DNA of 64,000 nt from Eledone cirrhosa (Eukaryota). Location of the stretch: NCBI GenBank assembly GCA_964016885.1, contig OZ024741.1, forward strand, positions 172,050,001 to 172,114,000. Direction: 5' to 3'. The notes under the pieces were generated by a model that worked only from the letters and a program-made list of their open reading frames with translations, did not search any database and was not told where the DNA came from. Below, piece by piece: positions 24,940-37,929 of this stretch; position 1 is the first letter of the stretch, and every line of letters begins with the position of its first letter. The position numbers were made by a program, and so were the translations under genes.

Positions 24940-25470
24940 TGCATTAATGCGCCAGCTTCAGCATTTTGTCACCAGAAAATGGGAATTAGCTGTAAAAGCC
25001 AAATTCGCTATCTTTAATTCGGTATTCAGGTCAACTCTTATCTATTGTCATGAATCTTGTGTCATAACCAAGATAATACGATCGCGAATACAAGCAGTCA
25101 TAATAGGGTTCCTCCGAAGGGTTTCCGAAGTAACGTTATTCGATAAAATGCGTAACTCGAAAATCTGAGTCGCTCCAGTTAAAGTGGCTACTTCTCCTTG
25201 AGATCAGATCTACAATACTACGGTGATGTAGTCAGAATATCTCAGGAAAGAATCACTGGACAGATTTTACGAACAAAACCAGCCGACAGAAGATCCAAGG
25301 GTAGACACCGAACACGCTGGTTGCATAACATCCATGAACTTATGTGGTCTCTCTTGGGGATCCAGCCAGATCAAATAGAAGCAGTTGCTATCTTACAAGA
25401 CCCGCTTGAAGGAATGTCTGAGGACTCTGCCCGCACGACAATCCTAGGAACAATAATCAAAGAAGAAGAG
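24940..25470 (+). mobile_element. RTE-clade LINE 3' fragment
   Basis: KAKFAIFNSVFRSTLIY.HES..RIQA..FLRRV..DKMRN..I, LQYYGDVVR, RSKGRHRTRW. Confidence 0.8.
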
Positions 25471-25530
25471 AAATGCATTGGCAAACCGAGTGTGACACTC
25501 AGTGGAAGTACATGCATATACACACACATC

Positions 25531-25562
<32 letters not shown>

Positions 25563-25667
25563 GGGAGAGAGAGAGAGAGAGTGGAGAGAGAGAGGGGGGG
25601 GGGGACATCCCGAATTACGGAAAACTGAAATCAGCATTATACGTATATGATAAATATATATATATAT

Positions 25668-25975
25668 TTATAGTAATAATAATAAAATTGAAGACTAAAA
25701 TCCAAAGAGGGCTCGATAAGGATAAATATATATCAAATATATAAGAACCGTAGAGCAAATATTTATTAAAATAACAGATTAAACCAGTTCTGCGTTTACA
25801 GATTGACTTTGTTAGTTTCAGAAGATCCCGTTAAGGGTGAAAGCAGCGATTCTTTGCTTAAACTTTAATCTGTTATTTTAATAAATATTTGCTCTACGGT
25901 TCTTATATATTTGATATATATTTTCCTTATCGAGCCCTCTTTGGATTTTAGTCTTCAATTTATTATTATTACTAT
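25668..25975 (+). mobile_element. Fold-back pLTR insert of the PLE family at 5270-8442
   Basis: 25668-25783 is an inverted copy of 25865-25975; near-identical to 5270-5470; (TA)n flanks. Confidence 0.9.
25814..25864 (+). ncRNA. Hammerhead-like motif with CAGAAGA core
   Basis: AGTTT-CAGAAGA-T CCC GTTAA GGG T-GAAAGCA-GCGATTCTT-TGCT-T^-AAACT; helices I, II and III can all pair. Confidence 0.6.
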
Positions 25976-25991
25976 ATGTATATGTATATAT

Positions 25992-26049
25992 ATCCTGATG
26001 ATTTCTTTGAATGAAACAGTTCTAGTCCTGTAGAACCCATTTCTATATT

Positions 26050-26050
<1 letters not shown>
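25992..26050 (+). ncRNA. Truncated HHR of the 59452 family
   Basis: CTGATGATTTCTTTGAATGAAACAGTTCTAGTCCTGTAGAA. Confidence 0.6.
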
Positions 26051-26117
<67 letters not shown>

Positions 26118-26546
26118 AGTTAAGAACTCAGAGTAGTCACTTACACTTAAATACCTCTAAGAAAAAAGCTTTTCCGAGCCGTACAATATAATTGAATAAA
26201 CAAGAGAGATGAACACTAATATAAACATATAAATTTTGGTCCTTACGATTCGAACATATATATATATACACCTTTTATTGTTAAGATTGTTGATGTTCTA
26301 TTAAGAGAACCGATTTTACTGAAAAAATCGAATAATGTACACCATTTTACCAGGGGGGAAAAAAATACTGGTCCACCCACACACGCACACACACACACAC
26401 ACACATATATACACAAACACATACACACGCGTACATCAACATACAAAGAGACTTATACACACACACACACACACACGCACTTCTCCGTATAAGACAAAAG
26501 CTGAAAAATATCTTTTGACCTTCGAATGACTCTGCTGTGTGTATGT

Positions 26547-26580
<34 letters not shown>

Positions 26581-26655
26581 ATCTTAATAGCCATTTGACA
26601 CACATCGCTGGTGGCTATTGTCGCAGCATCGAACACCTTACTACTACTACTACTA

Positions 26656-26723
<68 letters not shown>

Positions 26724-26747
26724 TTGTTGTGAAAGAGTCATTTCTCA

Positions 26748-27199
26748 ATCTTGGCGCAAAACCAATTTTTTATCCACATGACCTCTACCGACCAATCAAA
26801 ATTGTTTTGACCATAATTTTTGCTGGAGCCACTTTTCTAACATTTTAACATAAAAACAGTCTTGGCGCAAAATCAACTTTTTACATTCACATGACCTCTA
26901 CCGACCAATCAAAATTGTTTTGACCACAAGCATTTTTGCAACACAAAAATAACGCTGGAGCCATTTTTTTAACATAAAAACAGGTAGAATTCCCAAAACT
27001 AATCAGATCAGAGCAAACAGCAGGGACACTCTATCTCAAAATTATTTTTGAAAAGCATTTAGAAATGCGCAACCGGTAAAAACTTAAAAACTTAAAACCA
27101 CAACTGAATACTAACCCATACAATCACTAATACTCTTTTATTCCTAATTAAACCATTTTTCAACTGTGAACAATTTGTCAGCATTTTCTATTCCGTTTA

Positions 27200-27205
<6 letters not shown>
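26748..27205 (+). repeat. Unclassified dispersed repeat with an internal ~110-bp duplication, ending at (TA)n
   Basis: TCTTGGCGCAAAA..CACATGACCTCTACCGACCAATCAAAATTG occurs twice; 26955-27205 matches 36030-36270 in reverse. Confidence 0.75.
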
Positions 27206-27243
<38 letters not shown>

Positions 27244-27370
27244 AAAGTTCTATTTGAATTGTTGGGATACAACAAGCAAATATTTTTATAACTGATATAA
27301 AGCACTCAACAAATAATTGGAGTAAAAATACGATATTGACAAATGGAAACTATATTTATAAAACTATATT

Positions 27371-27435
27371 TATTTCATTATACATATTTCAAGGACACCA
27401 ATTTAAATTATGGTGTGCTTTCATCAGATAAAATA
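27371..27435 (-). ncRNA. Type I hammerhead ribozyme in a ~530-bp insert (27241-27772) between (TA)n
   Basis: Reverse complement reads TATTTTAT-CTGATGA-AAG C ACACCA..TGGTGT C CTT-GAAAT-ATGT-ATA^-ATGAAATA. Confidence 0.85.
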
Positions 27436-27620
27436 TAATATAGAGCAGTTTTATAAATAAATATTGACATACCCTTAAAGAATGCAACCATTACTGTTGG
27501 AAGCTCTTTATCCACCTAATTTTAACTCTTTGACATTAGAGATAGAACAGATACTCTATACTATTTCCTGTCAGCATGGCTTGGCAAGCTAGTTAGAACG
27601 CTGGTTTGAGACCTTTATTT

Positions 27621-27657
27621 CCCTCTGAAGAAGAGATATTATCTCGAAAATTAAGGA
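27621..27657 (+). ncRNA. Possible minimal hammerhead
   Basis: CCT-CTGAAGA-A-GAGAT ATT ATCTC-GAAAATTA-AGG; helix I is only 3 bp. Confidence 0.4.
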
Positions 27658-27768
27658 CATTTAAATAAATCTAAGGTAAAAGACGAATTGTCAACAATAT
27701 CTTTTGCAATTGCATTCTTTTTTCTGTCCATACCTGCATTGTTTTGGCTTTATTATACATATTCAAAC

Positions 27769-27823
<55 letters not shown>

Positions 27824-29011
27824 TGGATGTCTCTGATTAACAGTGGGTTGTTTAATACTTGATAAAGTAATATTCCTATTAGGAATGTGCTACTTGGCTA
27901 TCCACAACAGTGATTGGGTCGCAATTATCATTATCATCATACCATGTCTAACATTAGTATATTTATGCTACCCTTGAGGGTAATAGAAAATGATAAATTT
28001 TAGTTTATACATCATGTTTAGCAGTCCGCTGTAAATTGTGTGCAGTGAAGAGATGTGATAAATCTTAACCAGATAAAGTTATATGAATCCCCACAAAAAT
28101 GTTACCGAAAGTTTAATAGTTATATAAAGTTAGCATTGTTACTAATCATTTAAAGAAGTCTGCTATGCATTTAATGAAATTTGCTACGAGCCATTTCAAG
28201 CCTTTCTGACACAGTTGCTACTGTACCACTATTACTAACTATATTCACATTGACAATATGGCTTACAGGAAAATACACCAGGAAGCTTTCTGCATACTAA
28301 CTTCATATATAGTAAATTTTCTAATACACGCGGTGCTGTACGTAAATATTTTTCATTTAATAAATCACGTAACCAAACTATTTTACATTATTCGGATTTA
28401 CCATTTGAGTTTAGTGATGATTTCTGTATGATTTACATTTTATTCGTGTGAGGAAAGATAAGTGGGTTGTCTTCTGATCAACAGGAATAACTAGATAGTT
28501 GTGAAATAAGTAAAACCAACGAGTATACTTTTGTTTTTACACGAAAAGAATAACTAAAAGTGTTTACAATTTAAAATTTATTTTAGACTTTCTAAATACA
28601 GTAGGGTCTGAAGTTCTACTATATTTAAAGGAGGACTGGTGGCAATGTTAGAAACACACATTCCTTCCGAACAGTTAAATTTCAAGAAAACAAATTTGAT
28701 GTAGGCTTCTAGAATTATCAACCAAATTATTCTCGAATCATATGTTAGTGTCTTAGAAAAGGAAGGACATACTGTACAGTTTACTCATCGAAACCGAGAA
28801 AATACGTTGTTTACGACTAGTCTTGGTCTTAGTTCAGTTTGATCAAAGTTGTCTCGGAGTTAGACAACCACAATAGTAACAATAAAATTATTGACCACCA
28901 CCGCTACCAACATGACTATACTTTACTGAAATACAAAGGGCACATCAGAGGTAGCAATATGCTCCGGGAGGTTTAATTATCGTAAAATACCAAATTATGC
29001 CAAAAATAGGA

Positions 29012-29235
29012 TAATAATTGTTTCTACTTTAGGCACAAGGCTAGCAATTTGAAGGGGAGGGGAAAGTCGATTAAATCAACCCATGCATTACTGTTTTTTT
29101 TTATTTCATCCACTCCGTAAGGATGAAAGACAAAGCTAACCTTGGCAGGACTTGAACTCAAAACGTAAAGGGCCGTAACTATGCGGGGAAGCATATTGTC
29201 CGATGCTCTACTGCTACTGCTAATCCACCGCCCTA
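29012..29235 (-). mobile_element. tRNA-derived SINE
   Basis: Diverged reverse copy of the 13833 unit. Confidence 0.8.
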
Positions 29236-29982
29236 AATAGCATAATAATACAAAGAATATTGCCTGAGTTTCTGATAAAACGAATTATCGTTATTATATA
29301 TCTGTGATAATATACTTTGGATGAAGGAGAATAGTAAGTGGCCCCACGAGAAGAATAACTAATTCGAGAGAATATATCTAGTATTGACAATGGAATGGAA
29401 ACAATCTATTCCAGTAGATTAAAGAAAGGGTTTGATTCGAGGTCCCGAGAACGTGAGAACGATAACGAATACGTTAGTCAACTGTACAAATCCCGAATGT
29501 ATAAAGGCAGAAACGTTGAGCTCAGTTATCCGAATAAGCCAGTGTATGTTAACACAAAAAATTTGATATGTGAAAGTTACGAAATACTACTGATAATACT
29601 GGTACACGAGGAACGCCGGATGATGCAACGACGGAAACACTGTGTTTATAACAACCAAGATGAGGACACTAACCTCAATATATCGATGTATAAAATCAAA
29701 AAATAAGCTTGAAAACGGCTAAATACGAATTGTTGAAGTCATTACTTTCTATACTTATTTGGCGTAAAAAAATAAGAGATGTTTCCCATTTCTTGCCAAA
29801 AAATATATGGCGAATTGGAAAACAAACATGCATTTACCAAAATACAATAATATCTGTTTCAATACGGAATTTCAGTTCAAATCTCTTGCCAAAAATACAC
29901 ATATTGATAATAATGATTGCACAGACTGGCACTAGGCCACAGATTTTTAAAAGGGAGGAATATACAAGATAGAATCTACTTT

Positions 29983-30040
<58 letters not shown>

Positions 30041-30424
30041 CTCTCTATCTCTCTCTTTCTTTCTTCGTCTCTCCCCTCGCTCCTTCCTCTTTAATTTACT
30101 CTGTTTATTTTATAAAATAGAAAGGGTTTGGAAGGCGAAATTATATGATTCCTGATGGGATTTCCACTCAAAGAATTCTACTGCTTCTGCTAGGATATGA
30201 GGTTGATGATGATGACAGTGATGATAATTGCGGTGGTTGGGTGTAATGATGATGCTGGTGGTTGTGTCGATTATGTCGATGGAGATTATGGTGGGGATGG
30301 TGATAACGAAAATATTTGTTTCTAGATTAAAGAAGATTTAGACTACATGAATACCAGTAATTCACTGGTACTTGTATTTTATTGTTCGTCATTTCTACTG
30401 ATATTAGCGCTTTGACTCCATAAC

Positions 30425-30975
30425 AATAATTGTTTCTACTTTTGGCACAAGGCCAGCAATTACCCAGTACATTACTGGTATTTTATTTTATCGACCCCGT
30501 AAGGATGAAAGGCAAAGTTAACCTCGGCGGGATTTGAACTCAGAATGGCAAGGGCCGTAACTCTATGCGTCAAAGCAGGGCGTCCGACCCTCTACCGATA
30601 CTGACAATAATAATAATTTCTGATATAGTTACAAGGTCAAAATTTTGAGGTGTAGGCAAAGTCGATTGAATCGTCGCCAGTACATTACTGGTACTTTATT
30701 TTATCGACCCCGTAAGGATGAAAGGCAAAGTTAACCTCGGCGGGGTTTGAACTCAGAAGATAAAGGGCCATAACTCTGTGTTGCAAAGTATGGTGCCTGA
30801 CGCTCTACCGATACTGCCAATTAACCAGTGTGTTACTGGTACTTTATTTTATCGACCCCGTAAGGATGAAAGGCAAAGTTAACCTCGGCGGGATTTGAAC
30901 TCAGAATGGCAAGGGCCGTAACTCTATGCGTCAAAGCATGGCGTCCGACCCTCTACCGATACTGACAATCACCAT
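30425..30975 (-). mobile_element. Cluster of three tandem tRNA-derived SINEs
   Basis: CTGGTACTTTATTTTATCGACCCCGTAAGGATGAAAGGC..GGATTTGAACTC three times. Confidence 0.9.
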
Positions 30976-31271
30976 TGCAATAATAATGGTTTCTTATTCT
31001 GGTACATGGGCATCGGATGAAGTGAATATTACAAAGAGAAATTTATAACATCGTGGAGTTTTCTATAGAAAGGAAAATATTAGCTAACAAGCAAGAATAG
31101 CTGTTATTTTGAGTTAGCAATAATAAAGATTATTCTTAATTTCTACTTCGGTATTTTCGATTCCAGCAACATCACGAATGTAAATATTCAGGTAAAAGAA
31201 TATTATTGTAAATGATTACAATAATATTCTTTTACGATCACATTTATTATATATATATATATATATTATTT

Positions 31272-31443
31272 GCGGCATAGAATTATGGCCCTTTACGTTC
31301 TGCGTTCAAATCCCGCCGAGGTAAGCTTTGCCTTTCATCCTTATGGGGTTGATAAAATAAAGAAGCAGTCACGCACTGAGGTCGATTTAATCGACTTTCC
31401 CTCCCCCAAAATTGCTGGCCTTGTGCCTATATAAGAAACCATA

Positions 31444-31445
<2 letters not shown>
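31272..31445 (+). mobile_element. 5'-truncated SINE
   Basis: GTTCAAATCCCGCCGAGG..GCCTTTCATCC..GCTGGCCTTGTGCC. Confidence 0.8.
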
Positions 31446-31475
<30 letters not shown>

Positions 31476-31614
31476 GGGTGTGTGTCTGTAAACATTACTT
31501 GAAAAGGTTCGAATCGATGAGTATGTATATATTACTAAAAGTCTGTGATTGTTTGCTTGCTTCTCTGTAATGTAATACAGACAAAAGGGCGCATAATGGG
31601 AAAATAATTTGAAA

Positions 31615-31880
31615 GGAAGTTGCCCCTGAAATGGGAATACAAATGGAATAAAACAAGTTTCGCGTAAATCGAAGCACGGGTTCCCAAGATATGGGTTTTT
31701 TCCGGGTACCTTCATAAGCAAAGAGAGAGAATGATAGAGAGAAAGAGATAGTGGTTGTGAGAGAGTAGATCTTTGTTTATAAAGGTACCCGGAAAAAACC
31801 CATATCTTGGGAAGCCATGCTTCGATTTACGCGAAACTTGTTTTATTCCATTTGTATTCCCATTTCAGGGAAAACTTCCT
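31615..31880. repeat. ~105-bp inverted repeat around a GA-rich spacer
   Basis: 31615-31725 is the reverse complement of 31769-31880. Confidence 0.9.
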
Positions 31881-32119
31881 AAAGAGCGAGAAACGCGTCA
31901 GTTATTCCCCTTTGCTTTTGCTGAAGCAAGGTATGTGACTATAATCACTACTTTAAATTCATAGCGAAAGTCCTTCAAAATGTTTTAAAATAAACATACA
32001 GTATATTATTAAGTATACAATGCGTACATTCATATATATATCGCTATATCAGAGCTCCAACACAATATATGTCTGTGTGTGTATTTATATATCTATATCT
32101 ATATATATATATATATATA

Positions 32120-32495
32120 TATTATTCAGGATATTAATATATGAAGACATTCACATAATCAAAATATATGTTTTATTATATATATTTCGAAGGTACTGTG
32201 CTGTTTTTTCAGTACGTTCTCATCAGATAAAATACATGAATTGAACCATCAAGACCGTTGAGGTATGTCATACATCAATTCATGTATTTTATCTGAAGAG
32301 GACGTACTGAAAAAACAGCACAGTACCTTCGAAATATATATAATAAAATATATATTTTGATTATGTGAATGTCTTCATATATTAATATTCTGAATAATAT
32401 TAATAACTCCAGAAAACATTTCTGTAAGAGTGCTTTTAATCTATTGTAAAACGATATTCATTGAGTAACCAATGAACCATATTAATCTTTGGTCA
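32120..32495 (+). mobile_element. ORF-less fold-back PLE-pLTR mini-insert with an HHR on each arm
   Basis: 32120-32244 is an inverted copy of 32275-32400; ~95-nt tail; (TA)n flanks. Confidence 0.9.
32285..32350 (+). ncRNA. Type I hammerhead ribozyme (inverted copy at 32169-32234, minus strand)
   Basis: TATTTTAT-CTGAAGA-GGA C GTACTG..CAGTAC C TTC-GAAAT-ATAT-ATA^-ATAAAATA. Confidence 0.85.
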
Positions 32496-32504
32496 TATAT
32501 ATAT

Positions 32505-35500
32505 ATTGTTATGCTTTGGGAGGGTCATGTTGCCAATAAGAAACACATGCACCAGTCGCTTTCACTTCAATTTATTATAAATTAAATTTATAAATTTAGG
32601 AATTTATAAATTTCCGGTTGCTTGGTTGGTTTCACAACCAGAGGATTGTTCATATATTGTCAAAGTTCTTTCGTCACACATTCTGTGACCTCTTCAATGA
32701 CTGGGGATTCTTTTCTTTGTTTTTGTGTCTCTCCTTTGTTCTGTCCTACGCCATCTTGTTTTTGTGTGTGTTGTGTGCTTAGTTTGCGCATGTGTTACAT
32801 CCGGGTGTCTGTGTGTGTTTATATTTGTTTATTTATTTGTTTATTTACATGTTACTGGTTGGTTGTTTGTTCTATGTGTGTGTGTTTTCATTTTGTACTT
32901 AATTGTAAGTTGTGATGTTGCTATTCCATTCATGTTTTCTATTTAATTTTGGTTGGAGTTCATTTATGTTTATTGCCTCTGTGATTTGTCTAAACATTGC
33001 GTCTTTTCTGTGTGTAGATTCTATTATTATTTCTATGTTCCCTAATTTACCCTTATGTTCTATTTTAGCATGTTGGTGGAGTACAGATGATTCTTTACTA
33101 TCTTGAAGAGATCGCCAGTGTTCATTTATCCGTTCTCCTATACTACGAGCTGTCTCACCTATGTACACTATATTCTTACCTCTACATTGTCCTTCAGTAC
33201 ATCTTATGCTATATACTACATTTCTAGATTTACAGTTAATATGGGGGCTTAGTTTACAGATTATACATTTCTTATCTATATAAGGAGGTCTTTGAAAAGG
33301 GTATGTATTGCTAATATGTGTTTTTATGGAGGTACCTTGTCTTTCTACTATCTTAATATAGAGTTTCTGTTTATCTAGGGCCCTTCTAAATATAATGCAT
33401 CCCAACAACATAATTCAGCCCAACAAAAGGACTGCCAACAACTTCCAGGCCTGGAACAATGATGTGCCAGCGTTGTATAGGCTTCGAAAAGATCATAAAA
33501 CGAGCAGTAACCCTGTCACGGGACCACCAACTCGGCCATTCTGTGGAGCTATCATTGCTAGTAACTACAGACTTTCCTACTTCCTCTCCCTGATCATACG
33601 CCACATCAGCTATATGTGACAGCACGGAGGACCTCCTCAGAAGAATCGGCGAAAGTAACCGATCTAGGGACCTAACAAACTGCATAATAGGTAGGATGGA
33701 TGTTGTGTCACTATATCCATCTATTGACGTGGATTTTGCTGTGGAGAAATGTGTAGAAATGATCAGTGAGAGCAATGTTGAATTCCGTGGGATTGATACC
33801 AGTGAGCTGGGACTCCTCATTAAACTTACCTATAGTAATGATTATCTAGATACATATGTCCTTAGCAACCTCTGCCCTACAAGACCAGCAAGAGGCGGAC
33901 CACCTACCATTACCTCAATGGCCAAGAAAACCCACACAGATAGATGGAACGGGTGGACCAGAGCCATACGGACCCCCGAAAACCACGATGAACTAAAGAA
34001 AAGAATTGCACATACGGTGGGGGCCAGTATAAAATTAACCCTTAAGGAACATATGTTCAAATTTAATGGAAAAACATATGCCCAAGAGGAGGGAGCAGAT
34101 ATTGGTGTTACCATTGCAGGTGACATAGCTAACCTATTTATGGTATGGTGGGACAATAGACTTAAACTTAAACTTAAAGAACAATTAGAAGACAGCAACC
34201 TCTTAACCCTGATAATGTACTCCCGATACGTTGATGATATAAACATCGTAGTAAAAACACCCCTACTAGAGAAAAGTCATGAATTAGAGAAAAACACCAT
34301 GGAAAGCATCCAGCAAATAGCTAACTCCATCCACCAGAGTATTAGAGTTACTATAGACTACCCAAGCAAACACCCCAACCATCGATTACCTGTAGTAAAC
34401 ACAGAGCTCTGGTTAGATACCATTAATAACAAAAAACAAAACCTCCATTCCCATTATGCCAAAACCCATGACTTCCAAATATATGATCCACCGAAACTCA
34501 GCTGTTTCGGACCATACCGAAATCAACATACTGATTGCGGATTTGGTATGGGAGATGAGAAACGTGTCCCGCATGTGCAACCCCAAAGAACTAGAGAGAC
34601 ACATACAAGACTTCATCCACCGTATGCAGTTCTCTGGTTACAATCAGAGAGATAAAATCAGAGTATATAGAGGAGCCAGAACCAAATGGGAAAAAATGGT
34701 AAATAATGATACAAATGGGACCTTCCCCTTGTATAGGAGCAAATTTTGGAATAGAATAGAAAGAGCTAAGAATAAGGTTAATAGAATAAACTCATGGTAT
34801 GAAAGCAATAAATACCAGAGTGTAATGTCACGATACAACACCTAGAGGTGAATTAGCTTACACATTTAGAAGGGCCCTAGATAAACAGAAACTCAATATT
34901 GAGATAGTAGAAAGACAAGGTACCTCCATAAAAACACTTATTAGCAATACATGCCCTTTTCAAAGACCTCCCTGTATAGATAAGAAATGTATAATCTGTA
35001 AACTAAGCCCCCATATTAACTGTAAAACTAGAAATGTAGTATATAGCATAAGATGTACTGAAGGACAATGTAGAGATAAGAATATAGTGTGCATATGTGA
35101 GATAGCTCGTAGTATAGGAGAACATATAAATGAACACTGGCGAGAGCTTCAAGATAGTAATGAATCATCTGTACTCCACCAACATGCTAAAATAGAACAT
35201 AAGGGTAAATTAAAGAACATAGAAATAAAAAAGAATCTACACACAGAAAAGACGCAATGTTTAGACAAATCACAGAGGCAATAAACATAAATGAATTCCA
35301 ACCAAAATTAAATAGAAAATATGAATGGAATAGCAACATCACAACTTACAATTAAGGAGAAAATGAAAACACACACACACACATAAAACAAACCACCAAC
35401 CAGTAACATGTAAATAAACAAGTAAATAAACAAATATTAACACACACAGACACCCGGATGTAACACATGCGCAAACTAAGCACACAACACACACAAAAAC

Positions 35501-35808
35501 AAGATGGCGTAGGACAGAACAAGGAGAGACACAAAAACAAAGAAATGAATCCCCAGTCACTGTAGAGGTCACAGAATGTGTGACGAAAAAACTTTGACAA
35601 TATATGAACAATCGTCTGGTTGTGGAACCAACCAACCAACCGGATATTTATATATTCCTAAATTTATGAATTTAATTCCTAATAAATTGAAGTGAAAGCA
35701 ACTGGTGCGTGTGTTTCTCATTGGCAACATGACCCTCCCAAAGTATAACAATATCGGTTTCAACACACGTTTTCAGATAAAGAATATTGCTAAACATTTC
35801 AGAAACAT
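32505..35808 (+). mobile_element. Penelope-like element (YSRYVDD/DYPS type, clade unassigned) with an ~890-bp inverted 3' copy at its 5' end
   Basis: 32505-33392 is an inverted copy of 34863-35754, including the EN region; (TA)n flanks. Confidence 0.9.
33395..35340 (+). pseudogene. Frameshifted PLE RT-GIY-YIG ORF
   Basis: LRKDHK..PTRP, MDVVSLYPSI, QEEGADIGV, YSRYVDD, DYPS..LPV, FSGY, CKTRNVVY..C..(Y)IGETAR..EH, N.K.EW. Confidence 0.9.
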
Positions 35809-35833
35809 ATATATATATATACACATATATAAT

Positions 35834-35919
<86 letters not shown>

Positions 35920-35933
35920 TAATATATATATTA

Positions 35934-36270
<337 letters not shown>

Positions 36271-36334
36271 CCATATATATATAATATATATATATACATA
36301 TATAATATATATATTATATATGTATATATATATA

Positions 36335-36408
<74 letters not shown>

Positions 36409-36501
36409 TAATATATATATTATATATGTATATATATGTATATATATTTATATATATATAGATATAGATATATACATATATAATAAATATATTATATATG
36501 C

Positions 36502-36534
<33 letters not shown>

Positions 36535-36603
36535 TATATGTATATATATATATAATATATATATTATATATGTATATATATATATATATTTATATATATA
36601 TAC

Positions 36604-36659
<56 letters not shown>

Positions 36660-36670
<11 letters not shown>

Positions 36671-37915
36671 TCCGGTTGGTTGGTTGGTTCCACAACCAGA
36701 CGATTGTTCAAAGGAATTTGCCCATTATACAGGAGCAAATCATGGAATAGCTTAGATAGGGCTAGACATAAGATAGGGAAAGCCACCTCATGGTACGACA
36801 ACCAGAGATACCAGAGTGTCATGTTTGTGGACGCTACCTCTGGAGCGAAATTAGCCAACCAGTGTAGAAAGGCCCTGAGAAAGACCTACTTAAAAATTAA
36901 GGTGGTAGAAAAGCCAGGAACCACCGTAAAATCCCTGATCAGCAAAACCTACCCTTTTAAGAAAACCCACTGAACTAATAGGAAATGTATCATATGTAAG
37001 GTAAATCCCCGGATAAACTGTAAAACTAGAAACGTAGTCTATAGCATAAGATGTACAGAGGGTACTTGCAGAAACATGACAACAACATACATAGGTGAGA
37101 CAGCTCGTAGCATAGGTGAAAGGATAGACCAACACTGGGGGGAACTAAAAGGACGAAAAAATCGGTCAGTACTATACGAACATGCTAGACAACAACATGA
37201 CGGTAACATAGACAACATAGAAATTAGAATAATATCTAAACATAGAAATGACCCAGCAGATAGGCAAATCAGAGAGGCCAGTGAAATAGAAATTAGAAGA
37301 CCAAGACTAAACAGAAAGAATGAATGGAATAACAACAACACCCAAACAAACAACACTGACCTAAGAGAAGTATAAATAAGTAAATAAAATTAAATAAATA
37401 AATAAATACATACACAAGTACAATAACAACAAGCACATAAACACACACTAGTCACCCATCACACATCAAACAAAACTACACACACACGCAAACGCATGCG
37501 CAAAGAAGACAAAATAAAATAAACAAACAAGCAAATAAATAAATAAATATATAGACAGACTGAATAAAAATGGCGTAGACATACAATGCAACGGGAGGAA
37601 ACGATAGCACCACTGACAATGTTGCAGATGTGCAACGAAATATTTATGATAAACTATATATATGTGTTTATGTATATATTGTATCTGTATTATTTTTGAC
37701 CGTCGGTCAGTCAATGGCAACATTGAGGACCGAGTAAGTTAGATTACCGATATAAAAGACACAGAAGCGAGAAGCGAAAACCAACCAAACAGTGAGTGTG
37801 TTCTGTTATTAATTCTGGCAATATTACACAAATATGACCCTCCCCAAGTATAACAATATTTGTTTCGACACACGATTTCATATAAAAAACCTCGCAAAAC
37901 TAATTCATCGCCGCT
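36660..37915 (+). mobile_element. 5'-truncated PLE (related subfamily; linker + GIY-YIG + 3' UTR)
   Basis: [57 protein letters not shown]. Confidence 0.88.
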
Positions 37916-37929
37916 ATATATATATATTA

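Noticed and set aside
35745-35780. Antisense hammerhead (CTGAAAA..GAAAC..GTT)
   Set aside because: The core is not conserved in the 37860 copy and the helices are minimal
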